From contig OX597832.1 in the NCBI GenBank assembly GCA_951406725.2, positions 38,564,001 through 38,628,000 of the forward strand: a stretch of 64,000 nucleotides of DNA, given 5' to 3'. Both the position numbers and the translations under genes were made by a program. The notes beneath the pieces are model-generated. The model searched no databases, had not been told where the DNA came from, and saw only the letters and a list, made by a program, of their open reading frames with translations. This stretch comes from Octopus vulgaris (lineage: Eukaryota). Position 1 is the stretch's first letter. Each line of letters begins with the position of its first letter. Below are positions 14,420-27,599 of this stretch, piece by piece.

Positions 14420-14891
14420 GATGATGATGATGATAGTGGTGGTGGTGGTGGTGGTTTTGGTTTTAGTGTGATATTAGCTGAATGATGATGATGATGATAA
14501 TGATGATCATGGTGATATTCGTGGTTGTGGTGGTGATGGTTGTGGTGGTGGTTGTGATGGTTGTGGTGGTGGTGATGGTGGTGGTGGTGGTGGTGGTTGT
14601 GGTGCCGGTAGAACTGCCGTAGCGAAACTCATGTTGGCGTAAATTGTTTCTGTTACTTTTTCATACAGTTGTTGTTGTTGTTGCCGTTGCTGCTAGAAGT
14701 GGTATTCGGAGGTGTTAGTTATGCTTGCCATAATGGGGTTACTTCACTCTCGAAGGTGTTGCATGGGCGTTGGACTTCCTAGTGGTGGTCATCAATGATC
14801 ATGTGATAGGTGTGTCTTACGGTAGGCGCTCTGGTGCGCGACATTTTTTTTTGCTGACATTGACAGAGACGTTCTTGTTCATATTATTATC

Positions 14892-14947
<56 letters not shown>

Positions 14948-14957
14948 CAGTAGTAGC

Positions 14958-15014
<57 letters not shown>

Positions 15015-15060
15015 GGTGGTGGTGGTGGTGGTGGTGGTTTTGGTGAAAACGGCGGTGGCA
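13900..15060. repeat. Compound (GTT)/(GAT)/(GGT)/(GTA)n low-complexity tract
   Basis: Directly visible. Confidence 0.9.
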
Positions 15061-15225
15061 TAGAGTCGCAGCGACGTTGCTATTTTATCTGTTTAATGGG
15101 ATGGAGTTCTTGTTCAAGTTAATAGTCGAGTTGGTAATGATTCTATTAGTGCTCATGCTCGTCGTGTTGTTGTTACTGTCGCAAATATATTTTTGTCGAT
15201 GTCATATGTGTATGCGTGTGCACAC

Positions 15226-15271
<46 letters not shown>

Positions 15272-15365
15272 ATTTGGATTTGCATGCATGGAGTCTGGCG
15301 TGTTGTGTTTCGTAATATATAATATATTATGTACATGCATGTATATGTATATATATATACATATT

Positions 15366-15460
<95 letters not shown>

Positions 15461-16002
15461 ATGCATACATATGTATATACACATATTCATTTACGTATGC
15501 ATACATGTATACCAACATGCCCTTATATATATATATATACATATATACTATCTCATGCACATACAGGTCTGTATACAAGTGTGTGCACATATGTGTGTGT
15601 GTATACATGCACACACATACGAGATACATATATACATATTACATACATATATATGTACACACACACACACACACACATATGCATATAGGCATATTTGTAC
15701 ACATACACATATGCATGTATCCATCATGGTAATTTCCCCAAAGATCAATTCACTTATTGACCATAGCGACGAGCGTCAATTTTACGACAGGAGACCAATT
15801 GTTCTTACTGCAAGGAATTCAGTCTACCGGAAGTGGTGCTGGCGGGAATCTTACTCTTCTCATAGACACCATTCCAAATGATATATCCATTTTATTGCCA
15901 AATTCATTCCTTATTACACTTCACACCGGGCAAGCCATACTCTTTTGCGTCTGTACGAGTGCGTGCATGTGTGCGCTTGTGTGCGCGCGCGTGTGTGTGT
16001 GT

Positions 16003-16034
<32 letters not shown>

Positions 16035-16365
16035 TTGTCTGTATGTGTGCGTATACATACGTGCATATGTACATACATACATATTTGTGTGTATATATAT
16101 ATATATATATATACATACATATTTGTGTGTATATATATATATATATATATATACCAGACACATACATATAAACGTGATATGTATTCAGACACACACACAC
16201 ACACACACACATACGGACACAATCACACACCCTTATTCATAGACAAATTAATACTAGTATAATCATAGGACATACACACACAAAAAAAAGTATAGAAGAA
16301 AAATAAAACAAATGAAAAACAAATCTTACCAGAAACCTCGTTAAAATATCAACATATATATATAA

Positions 16366-16424
<59 letters not shown>

Positions 16425-16454
16425 CATATATATATATACATATATATCTATATA

Positions 16455-16509
<55 letters not shown>

Positions 16510-16515
16510 AGCTAG

Positions 16516-16559
<44 letters not shown>

Positions 16560-16590
16560 GTATATATATATATATTTATATCTAGCTAGC

Positions 16591-16673
<83 letters not shown>

Positions 16674-16855
16674 TTTAACGAGGGTTCTGGTAAGATATTT
16701 TGCATTTGTTTTATGTAGTTTCTTGTTTTTTTGTGTGTGTATCCAATAATTATATTAGTATTAATTTGTGTATGTATACGGGTGCGTATATGTGTCTGTG
16801 TGAGTATGTGTCTGGTTTTTCTGTTTCTGTCCGCGGCTTTCTGTCTCTCTGTCTG

Positions 16856-16926
<71 letters not shown>

Positions 16927-17003
16927 CAGTACACACCCAAACACACTTTTACACACCCACACAGACATATCTATGTATCAATATCAATATACATCTACAC
17001 ATG

Positions 17004-17060
<57 letters not shown>

Positions 17061-17568
17061 ATGCATGTGTTTCTGTTTATGCATTTATGCGCGTATATGT
17101 GTTTATTTGTGTCTGTTCGTGTGCCAGTATGTGTGTGTGTATATGTGTGTCATTGTGCCTGAATTTCTTTGTATGCAATATGACTATATATATACATATG
17201 TATATTCGGGTGCGTGTATGCGTCTCTGCTACTGTGACATCTTTTAATTAATTGCTGTAATTACTGTAAATTAATAATCATTTACATTACAGTCTCTTCT
17301 TTTACTTCTTTGCATTTTCTTCTTCTTTGTTTGTCTTCTGTCTTGTTCTTCATCAATTTCTTTCTCCTCCTCCTCCTTCACCTCCTTTTTGTTATCAGTA
17401 TTACAGTTATTGCCATTATTGATACTGTTGTCTTGTTTGTTATTATTATCTTCCCGTTGAAATATCCTTTTGGATCAGTAAAATAGGGTATCAATCAAGA
17501 ACTACCATCAATGAAATCGATTTGTTCCTCCCCACAAAATTTCTGCATTTGTGCCAAAATTAAACCGA

Positions 17569-17648
<80 letters not shown>

Positions 17649-17672
17649 CATCATCATTATTATTATTGTTAT

Positions 17673-17868
17673 TGAGTGAGAGAGCAGTGCATGCCATCAA
17701 AGTGACACTGGGGTAAAATATATGAAGCCCAGTATACCCATCATGACTACCCGTCTGATAAGGGTACACTAGGCACATGCATTACAACCATATGTACGCG
17801 ACATGTTGATCTCATATCAAGATAAACAGCGCATGACCTTGCAGGTGGGGCCCAGTTAGAATTTTCTG
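17673..17868 (-). mobile_element. 3' end of a (TAA)n-tailed retroelement, probably an R4/Dong-related 3' UTR; same family as 56731-56983
   Basis: Reverse complement closely matches 56790-56983; both end ..gcactgctctctcactc-(aat)n. Confidence 0.7.
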
Positions 17869-18329
17869 GGGTCGATAAAATGAGTGCCAATTGTGCACTG
17901 GAGTCGATGTAATCTACTTAGACCCTCCCACGAACTCGCTAGTCTTGTACCAAAATTTGAAACAACTTACACTGATGTCTCATTCTTTTCCTTTAAACTA
18001 TTGTTTGAAAAGTCTTAGAGTGTCAGATTCTAAATATTTTCCATCGTTTCTACAACATTCATTCAAGATTCATACCAGCATGTGTCAACATTTCAAAAAC
18101 AACACAAAAAATACATACGTACATACATACATACATTGGGCGCCGTCACTTTCAGGAGTGCAGATGTGGAAAAAGTTTTAAAAGACCATTCTAAGCGTTT
18201 TCTTCCATAATCATGCTGGTTTCTCCAGCTCAGATCAATAACTGATTCATTTTGTTCTTTTGTAAATGAGAGAAACACCTTTTTACTTACTAACGTAAGA
18301 TACCTTAGTTATTTATTTTCACGATCGTG

Positions 18330-19545
18330 GCTGATATTGACAACAAGAAAACCGACAGCTACAACACCAAAACCGATACCAAAACGAGCAGTACATACGA
18401 TACCTGTAGGTTATTTAAGAGTCGCTAAAGTTTTATATTTAAATTGAAAATCTACCTTTGTGTTATGAGAACTCCCACTGGGGCAAACTCACCTAAACTT
18501 AAACTGTTTTACTGAAAACAGCTTCTGGAACGAGTATTTTGCATTGCAAGATTATAAAAAAATTACTATCACTGATAGCAGTTGTTAAGCGAACTCTCAA
18601 AGCACAGAACTAGTCAAATTCTTTTTTCTTTATTGCCCACAAGGGGCTAAACACAGAGGGGACAAACAAGGACAGACAAAGGGATTAAGTCGATAACACC
18701 GACCACAGTGCGTAACTGGTACTTAATTTATCGACCCCGAAAGGATGAAAGGCAAAGTCGACCTAGGCGGAATTTGAACTCAGAACGTAGCGGCAGAGGA
18801 AATACCTATTTCTTTACTACCCATTTACTACCCACAAGGGGCTAAACACAGAGAGGACAAACAATGAGAGACAAAGGGATTAAGTCGATAACACCGACCA
18901 CAGTGCGTAACTGATACTTAATTTATCGACCCCGAAAGAATGAAAGGCAAAGTCGGCCTCGGCGGAATTTGAACACAGAACGTAACGGCAGACGAAATAC
19001 GGCTACGCATTTCGCCCGGCGTGCTAACGTTTCTGCCAGCTCGGCGCTTTGAACTAGTCAAATTCTGGCAAATAATACCATCCCAAAATAAGACTGTTCT
19101 GGAATAAATATTGAGAATCTTCCTGTTATTGAACACATAGACATCAACATAAGGGATATTGATGAAACATTACCATCAAATCTGTTATCAAATGCGAAGA
19201 TGACAAACTGGATATTGTTGTTTGGGAAAGAGAAGAAAAAAGTCATAGAAGCCAGTTCTCCTGCTGATGGGGATACCCCTTCGAAAAAGCAAAACGAAAG
19301 AGCATAGCTACGAGCAACTCTTTCAAAAACCTTCAGGTTTTATACCCAGATTATAAATTCACATTTATACCAAATGATAATTGGTGCGCTTGGTTTTTAC
19401 TATCAAAGGCTAAGTGACAATCTGGGAAAGCCGGGATTTTCAGAAAAAGAAACCAACCAGCTTAACATGCACATTACAAACAGACTCTGTAAGCGGAACA
19501 ATAAAAATGTACAAGACTTTTTCCAGTTCAACACGAGACATTGTT
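18330..19545 (+). mobile_element. Decayed R4/Dong-type non-LTR retrotransposon 3' coding region (zinc knuckle remnant plus RLE endonuclease), interrupted by a SINE dimer
   Basis: Frameshifted translation DTCRLFK.., KLDIVVWEREEKKVIEASSPAD.., LQVLYPDYKFTFIP.IIGALGF..SDNLGKPGFSEKETNQL..LQTDSVSGTIKMYKTFFQF, matching a PD-(D/E)xK RLE C-terminus. Confidence 0.75.
18623..19050 (-). mobile_element. SINE family A dimer with 16-bp TSD
   Basis: TSD GAACTAGTCAAATTCT at 18607-18622 and 19051-19066; internal junction at 18805/18806. Confidence 0.93.
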
Positions 19546-20169
19546 TTCGTTAACTACATTTGAACAATAGAGTATTGTATCTTTGGGGGGGGAAACGCGT
19601 CCATTTTTACGGGAAGAATTCAAATAATTAAAACTAGATGAGAACGTATATATAACATGAACGTTGACAATTTACAACTCAGGCATTGCTTATATCGTAC
19701 ATGTGTGTGTGTTTATATATGCATATTACATATATAGAGAAAAGAGGAGATTGATAGATGGATAGACAAATTGATTGGTTGATTGATTGGTTGATTGATT
19801 GGTTGATTGATTGATTGATTGATTGATTGATAGACAGAGAGTCATATGTGTATAAATACATCCATCCATCAGTATACATACAAATATATTATACATGTTC
19901 CTGTGAGGGCTGAAGATATTTATGGAATAATCATGTCACAACGACAAAATAACGATAATAATGTTTATAATTATCCGTTCTACTATAGGGACGAAACCTT
20001 GGGTCGATTACATCGACCAACTCCCCGCCAGGGAGGGGGGGGGAGTCTATTACATCGACCCAGTGCTTATTTCGTCGATCTTGGAAGGATGGCAGGCAGC
20101 AAATTTGGAGGAATGAGGGGTAAGTCTATTACATCAACCCACAAGTTCTTAACTGGAAGTCATCCTATC

Positions 20170-20482
20170 CGTCTCTCTTGCTGGACGACTAAGTTACAGG
20201 GACGTAAACACACCAACGCTGGTTGTCAAACGGTGAGTGTTGGGGGATAAATATAGACACAAGGACACACAGACACACACGTATATATACATACATACAT
20301 ACATACATACACACACACACGAGAGGGCGTCTTACAGTTTCCATGTACCAATCCACTCAGAAGGCTTTGGTCGGCCTGGGGCTATAGTAAAAGACAATTG
20401 CCGAGGGTGCCATACAGTGGGCCTGAACCCGAAACCATGTGGTTGGGAAGCAAACTTGTTTCCACACAGCCACGCCTGCGCC
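20170..20482 (-). mobile_element. SINE family B (CORE-type), diverged
   Basis: Reverse complement of aggcgcaggcgtggctgtgtgg..acatggtttcgggttcaggcccactg..ggcaccc..actatagccc. Confidence 0.8.
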
Positions 20483-20835
20483 TATTTTATCAACCCCTGA
20501 GGAGTGAAGAAGAAAATTCTCGACTGGATTTGAACCCCGAATGTAATGAAATACTCCATGGCATTTTTATCCGCTGCTGTAGCGATTCCACCACCACCAA
20601 AATATACAGAATTCATAAAAGACCAACAACAATATAAAAGAAAAAAACAACAACTTTTGTAATCATAAATGAAGAAAAACAAAACAAAAAGATAATGAAA
20701 TATAAACCAAAAAATTTGTAAAACAAAATGATAGAAAACAAAAAGAAAGGAGAGGAGGTGGGGGGGAATGTATTGCGATGAGGGAATTCAATGATGGAGT
20801 TGTTATAGTCATATTATATAGATTTTGGGAACGGC

Positions 20836-22060
20836 AGTGGTGGTGGCGGCGGCAGTGGTGGTGGTGGTGGTGGTGGTGGTGGTGTTGGTGGTGGTGGTGG
20901 TGTTGGTGGTGGTGGTGGTGGTGGTGGTGGTGGTGGTGGTGGTGGTGGTGGTGGTGGTGGTGGTGTTGGTGGTGGTGGTGGTGGTGGTGGTGTTGGTGGT
21001 GGTGGTGGTGGTGGTGGTGGTGGTGGTGGTGGTGGTGGTGGTGGTGGTGGTGGTGGTGGTGGTGGTGGTGGTGGTGGTGGTGGTGATGGTGGTAGTGGTG
21101 GCGGTGGTGATGGTGGTAGTGGTGGTGGTGGTGGTGGTGGTGGTGGTGGTGGTGACATGGTACTGGGTGGGTGGAGGTCTGTGTGGAGGAAACGGTTTTG
21201 GTTTCTGACGGTGAACGTGTAATCGTGATGATGGTTGTGTGGTTGATGGTGATGATTGCTGAGAAATGATGTAATTTGTGGTATTGGAGGGGGGGAGACA
21301 ATGATGATATTAGCTGAGTGTGGGGGGGGGATGGTCAGTTTTAAAGGTGATGGTGGTGGTGGTGGGGGATACTGGCAGTGGGGATGGAATCATGGCGGCG
21401 GCGACGTATACACTGATAGAAGTCGCGTTGGTGATATTTCTGACGATGGTCGTTGTAGTAGTAGTAGTAGTAGTAGTAGTTTCGTTGTCATAGTTATGAC
21501 GATTTTAATGGTCTGGTGACAGTATTAGTGGTTCTGTTATTTGGAAGTCAGACTGGTGTTCAAGAATCTATGGAGAAGTCTGCTGATGGCGATGGTAACG
21601 ATGGTGGTGCTGAATAAATTGTTGGCGGTAGTGGTGGTAGTGGTGGTAGTGGTGGTGGTCGTCATGGTGGTGGTCGTCATCGTCATCGCCATGATGGAAA
21701 TGGTGGTTCTGGTCGTGACGGTGGGGGTGGTGGTGAAGGAATTAATGGTTCTGATAGTGGTGGTAGTAGTGGCAATACTGAATGAATTGGTGGCGATGGT
21801 ATGAGTGGAGGTAGTATTGGTTGTGTTACTGGTGGTGGTGGTGGTGGTGGTGGTGATGGTGGTGGTGGTGGTGGTGGTGGTGGTGGTGGTGGTGGTGGTG
21901 GTGGTGGTGGTGATGGTGGTGATGGCGGTGACGGTATGGGTAGTGAGGGTGGTGGTGGTAGTTGTGATGGTGGGGAGTGGCGGAAATGGCATTCATAGTG
22001 GTTTTGTATTGATGGTAATGGTAGCAGTAGTAGCAGCAGCAGCAGCAGCAGTAGCAGTCG
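20836..22060. repeat. (GGT)n-dominated microsatellite/low-complexity tract
   Basis: Directly visible. Confidence 0.95.
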
Positions 22061-22924
22061 TAGGAGTGATTTGTAAGTGGGTGTGCTTTGAGAATTGTGT
22101 TTATTATGGAATCAGGTTTGTCTCCGAGAACGGCGTGGACTTAATGAACGTTTTCCAAAAGACTCGAAGAACGTGCATTGTAGATATGGAAGTGTGAACA
22201 GCGAGGGGCCTCGCCGACTATGTGCTCGGTGGCGTTGCACGCCTGCGGGAGAACACACGACTCTGACTTTCAGTCTATCATCGGTTGGGCATGAGCCGAA
22301 GATCATATTTAACATGGCTTTTCCTTCATGCTGTGGTGTAGAATAAAATGGCAATTCCATAGTCGACGTTTTCATGCGAATTTGATTAGGTTCGTTCAAG
22401 ACTTGTTCAATAGCGGCTATGTCGTTTATATACTTAACGAATGACCCCCGTTGCGCAAGACATGATTGTTGGTTTTTCGACCACAATGCCACACTAAGCT
22501 ACAGGCTGTAGTGTCTGATACAGTTTTCTCTAGCCTTAATAACAACACGCAAAGACAAAATTAATATGCTGCGGGCACTTCACCAAAGTGTGTATGTGTG
22601 TGCGAGAGAGAAAGAAAGATAGAGAGAGAGAGAGAGAGAGAACGAGAGAGACAGACAAAGCGAGAGAAGCAGAGACTGTGTGCATACACATAAACACACA
22701 TATACACTCATATATATATTATTTATATAAATATATACATACATACGTATGTATATGATATCCTATAGATTATATATATTCATATACATATATATATGTA
22801 ATATCATAAATATGTATATATACACATATAAAGAGAGAGAGAGAGAGAGAGGGGGGAAGACATACATGTAATATATACACGTATATACATATGCATATAT
22901 ATGTATATACATATATGTAATATC

Positions 22925-22955
<31 letters not shown>

Positions 22956-23417
22956 CACACATATATATATATATATAATATACACACACATACACGTTAT
23001 GTAATATACTATAATATAAAAGCCTATGTACAATTATGCCTACAAACATACACGCATAAATATATACAAACAAACATACGTGCACGTGCATATACACAAA
23101 GCTTTGATGTATTGACTATGTTACGTCATATATAGTTTATCGCCCCTACTCCCCCCCTCAACAGCCCTTTTATTTTTACACATTTATTTGCCTTTCAAGG
23201 CCCAAACCCCACCGTCACCAACAGCTCCGTTCTTGTTTTGCTTCGTAAAAGTAAAAGGGAAAAAAAAAAGGAATATTTTAAAAGTTGTTGACACGGAATT
23301 GATGACAGTTTTTAAGTTGGGAAGTGAAATTCAAATTTATGTTTTTGACACTTTAAAGCAGGCAGACGGACAGACAGACAGAGACATTAACGATCATCGG
23401 GCGTTATTCGACTGGCA

Positions 23418-23448
23418 ATGATGATGATGATAATGATGGTGATGACGT

Positions 23449-23494
<46 letters not shown>

Positions 23495-23515
23495 GATGAT
23501 GATGATGATGATGAA

Positions 23516-23563
<48 letters not shown>

Positions 23564-24500
23564 GATGATGATGATGATGATGATGATGACGACAATGATG
23601 ATGATGACGATGATGATGATGATGATGACGACGATGATGATGATGATGATGACGACGATGATGATGATGATGATGATGATGATGATAATTGATGATGGTG
23701 ATGATGACGACGATGATGATGATGATGATGATGATGACGATGATGATGATGACGATATGGAAGAAGAGAAGGAGGTGAGGAAGGAGGGGATGAAGGAGGA
23801 GAAGAAGAAGTCGGAAGAGGAGGAGAAGGAGTAGCATAAAAGGAAAAGGAGGAGGAAGAGGAGGAGAAGAAGAAGAAAGAAGAGGAAGAGGAGGAGGTAG
23901 AGGAGAGTGTCAGCGACGGTAGCGATGGCAATAGTAACGGCGACCATGATGGTGATGATGAGGAAGGGAGGAGGAAGATGCTGAGGGTGATGATGCTGAT
24001 GAAGACATGAAAGATGAAGATGATAATAATGATGATGATGATGGAGGAGGAGGAGGAAGGCAACAGCGGAGACGACGGCGGTGATGATGATAGTGTTGTT
24101 GATGAAGAAAAGGAGGAGGAAGAAAGGAAAGAAGAGGGTGATAGGGATGACGGTGAGGATAATGATGATGACGGTGGCCACGATGAGGAGGATGAGATGA
24201 AAAGATGATGATGAGCTTGGGGTGTGGACGCTGCTGTTGCTGTTGTTGTTGCTGCTGGTGATGATGATGATGATGATAATGATGATGATGATGATCGTGG
24301 GGAGGAAGAAGAGGAGGAGGAAAAGGAGGAGGAGGAAGGGGAAAAGGAAGAAGAGGAAAAGGAGGAAGAGGAAGGGAAGAAGATGTAGAGGAAGAAGAGG
24401 TAGAGGAAGAAGAGGAAAAGGAATAAGAGGAAGGAGAAGAGGAAGGGGGGAAGAGGAGGCAGAGGAAGAGGAGGATGAAACGGAGGAGGGGATAAAGGAA
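23418..24500. repeat. (GAT)n and purine-rich (GAG/GAA) low-complexity tract
   Basis: Directly visible. Confidence 0.95.
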
Positions 24501-25738
24501 GAATGCGATGCTGTTGACCACAATTGCCATGACGTTTTTAAAATGGCTGCAACGCACAGAGAATGTAGGAGTTTGATCAGAATACCAAAGCAGTGTCGGT
24601 TGTTGCTTGAGAATGTGGCTTCTTTATCAAACAAGCATAAAAGATTGATTGCCAAAACAAAACACCTTGTGGTATTTACTTGTGCTACTCTACCTTCTAC
24701 GTTCAAATCCTTTCATACGAAAGGAATCGATCCTTTTCTCCCGGATAAAGTCTTTCTAATCTGCTGAAATCATGGGGATTGATGCTCGACTCTTTAACCT
24801 CATAAAAAGGTCGCTAATGAACTTGGCGTAGTCATTAAAACTTTTTAGACCCCATGAGGAAAATTATAACTAGTAAATTACGTAATCATTTATCATAATT
24901 AGTCATTATGTTAATGACTAATTCCGGGAAATGGGAGGGAAATAAGGAAGAAGCCCCGAGGTTTTAATTAAAATTAACAAGCATGCTCTGACCTAGGTAG
25001 GTGTGTTGTCTCCTCTCTGACTTTTCTGTCACTACTATAATGGTTTCATTTTTTAGCACAAGACCAGCAATGTTGAGTGAGTGAGGAGTCTGTTCTATTG
25101 ATCCGAGATCTCAAATGATACTTATTTTATCGTCTTCAAAAGGAAGAAACGGTAAAGTCGGACGTCAATGGAATTTTAACTCATTTTCCCCGACTCTTTA
25201 ACAAACAACCCTACCAGCTCGCCGTGTTTCCGTCGCAACTATAACAATCTTTGCTCATCGGAACCGACTGTTTCCATAACTCTCGACCAAACCACGCACT
25301 AACTTCGAATTTCTTTCCTTCTGGCTTATATCTTTCCTGCAATTGTTCGTTGTTGACCTGTAACTTTTAAAACCTAACGTTAATGGCATCAAGTTCGCTA
25401 GTATCAGACGGCCTACAAAGCAGGCACTTCCCCTTGCTCCATACTCAGCAAGTTGAAAATTACTAAGGAAAGCAGTGGTGACTGACAACTCCTAACATGT
25501 TCAAGCATTATGAAACCTCATCAGCGAAGCACAGACTATTGACTAGACATGTGTATGTAGTTTCTTCATGAACGAATAAAGTGATTTTAGTACCAATGAC
25601 ACACTGGGGGTCGATGTAATGACTACAGCCCTCCCACAAAATTCCAGGCCTTGTGCCTTTAGTAGAAAGGAATGTTTAAAAGAATGAATACGAGACAAAG
25701 GCCAAGGTGTTCCGCTGTACGAAAGGTTAATAGACATA

Positions 25739-26160
25739 GGCGTAGGAGTGGCTGTGTGGAAAGTAGTTTGCTTACGAGCCACATGGTTCCGGGTTCAGTC
25801 CCACTGCCTGGCACCTTGGGCAAGTGTCCTCTACTATAGCCTCGGGCCGACCAAAGCGTTGTGAGTGGATTTGGTAGACAGAAACTGGAAGAAGCCCTTC
25901 ATATATATGTATATATATATGTGTGTGTATGTGTGTGTATATGTTTGTGTTACTGTGATTGCCCCCCCCCCCCAACATCGCTTGACAACCGATGCTGGTG
26001 TGTTTACGTCCCCGTCACTTAGCGGTTCGGTAAAAGACACCGATGGAATAAATAGTAGGCTTACAAAGAATAAGTCTTGGGGTCGATTTGCTCGACTAAA
26101 GGCGGTGCTCCAGCATGGCCACAGTCAAATGACTGAAACAAGTAAAAGAGTAAAAGAGTA
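25739..26160 (+). mobile_element. Full-length SINE family B (tRNA head plus CORE-like domain; OR2-like by recall)
   Basis: A box GTGGCTGTGTGG, B box GGGTTCAGTCCC, GGCACCTTGGGCAAGTG core, internal (TA/TG)n, (GTAAAAGA)n tail. Confidence 0.92.
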
Positions 26161-26499
26161 AATTGGCGACTGTAGGAAGCCAACATATGAAACTCATAAA
26201 CTCATAAAATTTATGTCTTTAATGAGGAAAGCAATCAATCTCTAAATGACTAATTCTGGTATTAAAAAGACAAACTGAGAAACAGTGGAGAGTCATTCTG
26301 ATGTTTGACTTCACAGAGACAACTCTGGGCGTATTTCTGCCTTATTCGATCTCATCGGTGAAGGAGATGTAACTGAAGATAAAAAAAGAGAGAGATGCAA
26401 AAAGAATAATTAAATAAGGTGAGAGCGAGGGATGGAGAGAAGGAGAGTATGTGATGAAAGAGATAACATGATAGAGATGATTTGCGAGGCAGGGTGGAG

Positions 26500-26802
26500 A
26501 AGGTGGTGGTGGAAGTGGTGATGGTGGTGGTGGTTGTTGTGGTGGTAGCGGCGGCTGTGATGTTTATGATGACAAAGGCAACGATCTGATGAGGATGATG
26601 ATGATGATGATGATGATGACGACGACAACGACGACAACGATGATTATGATTCGGCAGAAAAATTAGGAATGTGACTTAAAGGAATAAGAGTGAGGAGAAA
26701 TGACAGGCAAAGGAAGAAGGTGGGTGGGTGGGGGGAGATCGAAGATGATAGAGGAAATCAGAAGACGGAAGAACGAGATGATGATGACGACGACGACGAT
26801 GA

Positions 26803-26833
<31 letters not shown>

Positions 26834-27540
26834 GATGGCGGTGATGGCGGTGGTGGCGGTATAGGTAGTTGTGGCGTTGATGCCGATGATGAGAGTGATG
26901 ATGATGAAGAGAGTGATGACGGTAGTAGTGGTGACGATGATAATCATCATGGGGGGGATCATGACAACAATAATGGTGATGAGAATGATAACGATGGCGA
27001 TTGTATGGTGGTGTTGGTGGTGGTGGTGTTGGTTGTGGTGATAATGATGATGATGGTGAGGATGATGATGATGCAGAGGAAGAGAAGAAGAAGGAGGAGG
27101 AAAGGGAAGAGAAGGATGATAATGTCAGTGATTATGATGATGGTGGTGGTGGTGGTGGTGGTGGTGGTGATGGTGAGGATGATGATGATGAGGAGGAGGA
27201 GAAGAAGAAGAAGGAAGAGGAAAGGGCAGAGAAGGATGATAATGTCAGTGATTATGATGATGATGGTAGTGCTGGTGGTGGTGGTTGGTGATGATGACAA
27301 GGATGATGACAACGTTGACAGTGGTGAGGTTGATGATGGTGATAATGGTGGTGGTGATAATGGTGGTGGTAGTGATGGTGATGCTACTGCTGATTCTGCT
27401 AACAACCGCCGCAGCAGCAGCCACTGCTACTGCCGCTCCCGTTGCTGCTGCTGATGATGATGATGATGCTGATGATGATGATGATGATGATAAGGATGAT
27501 GACGATGATGATGATGATGACGATGATGATGATGATGATA

Positions 27541-27599
<59 letters not shown>

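Noticed and set aside
25490-25530. Minus-strand CTGATGAG...GAACATGTTA hammerhead-like
   Set aside because: GAAA is incomplete and stems I/II are poor; indistinguishable from chance without a family consensus.
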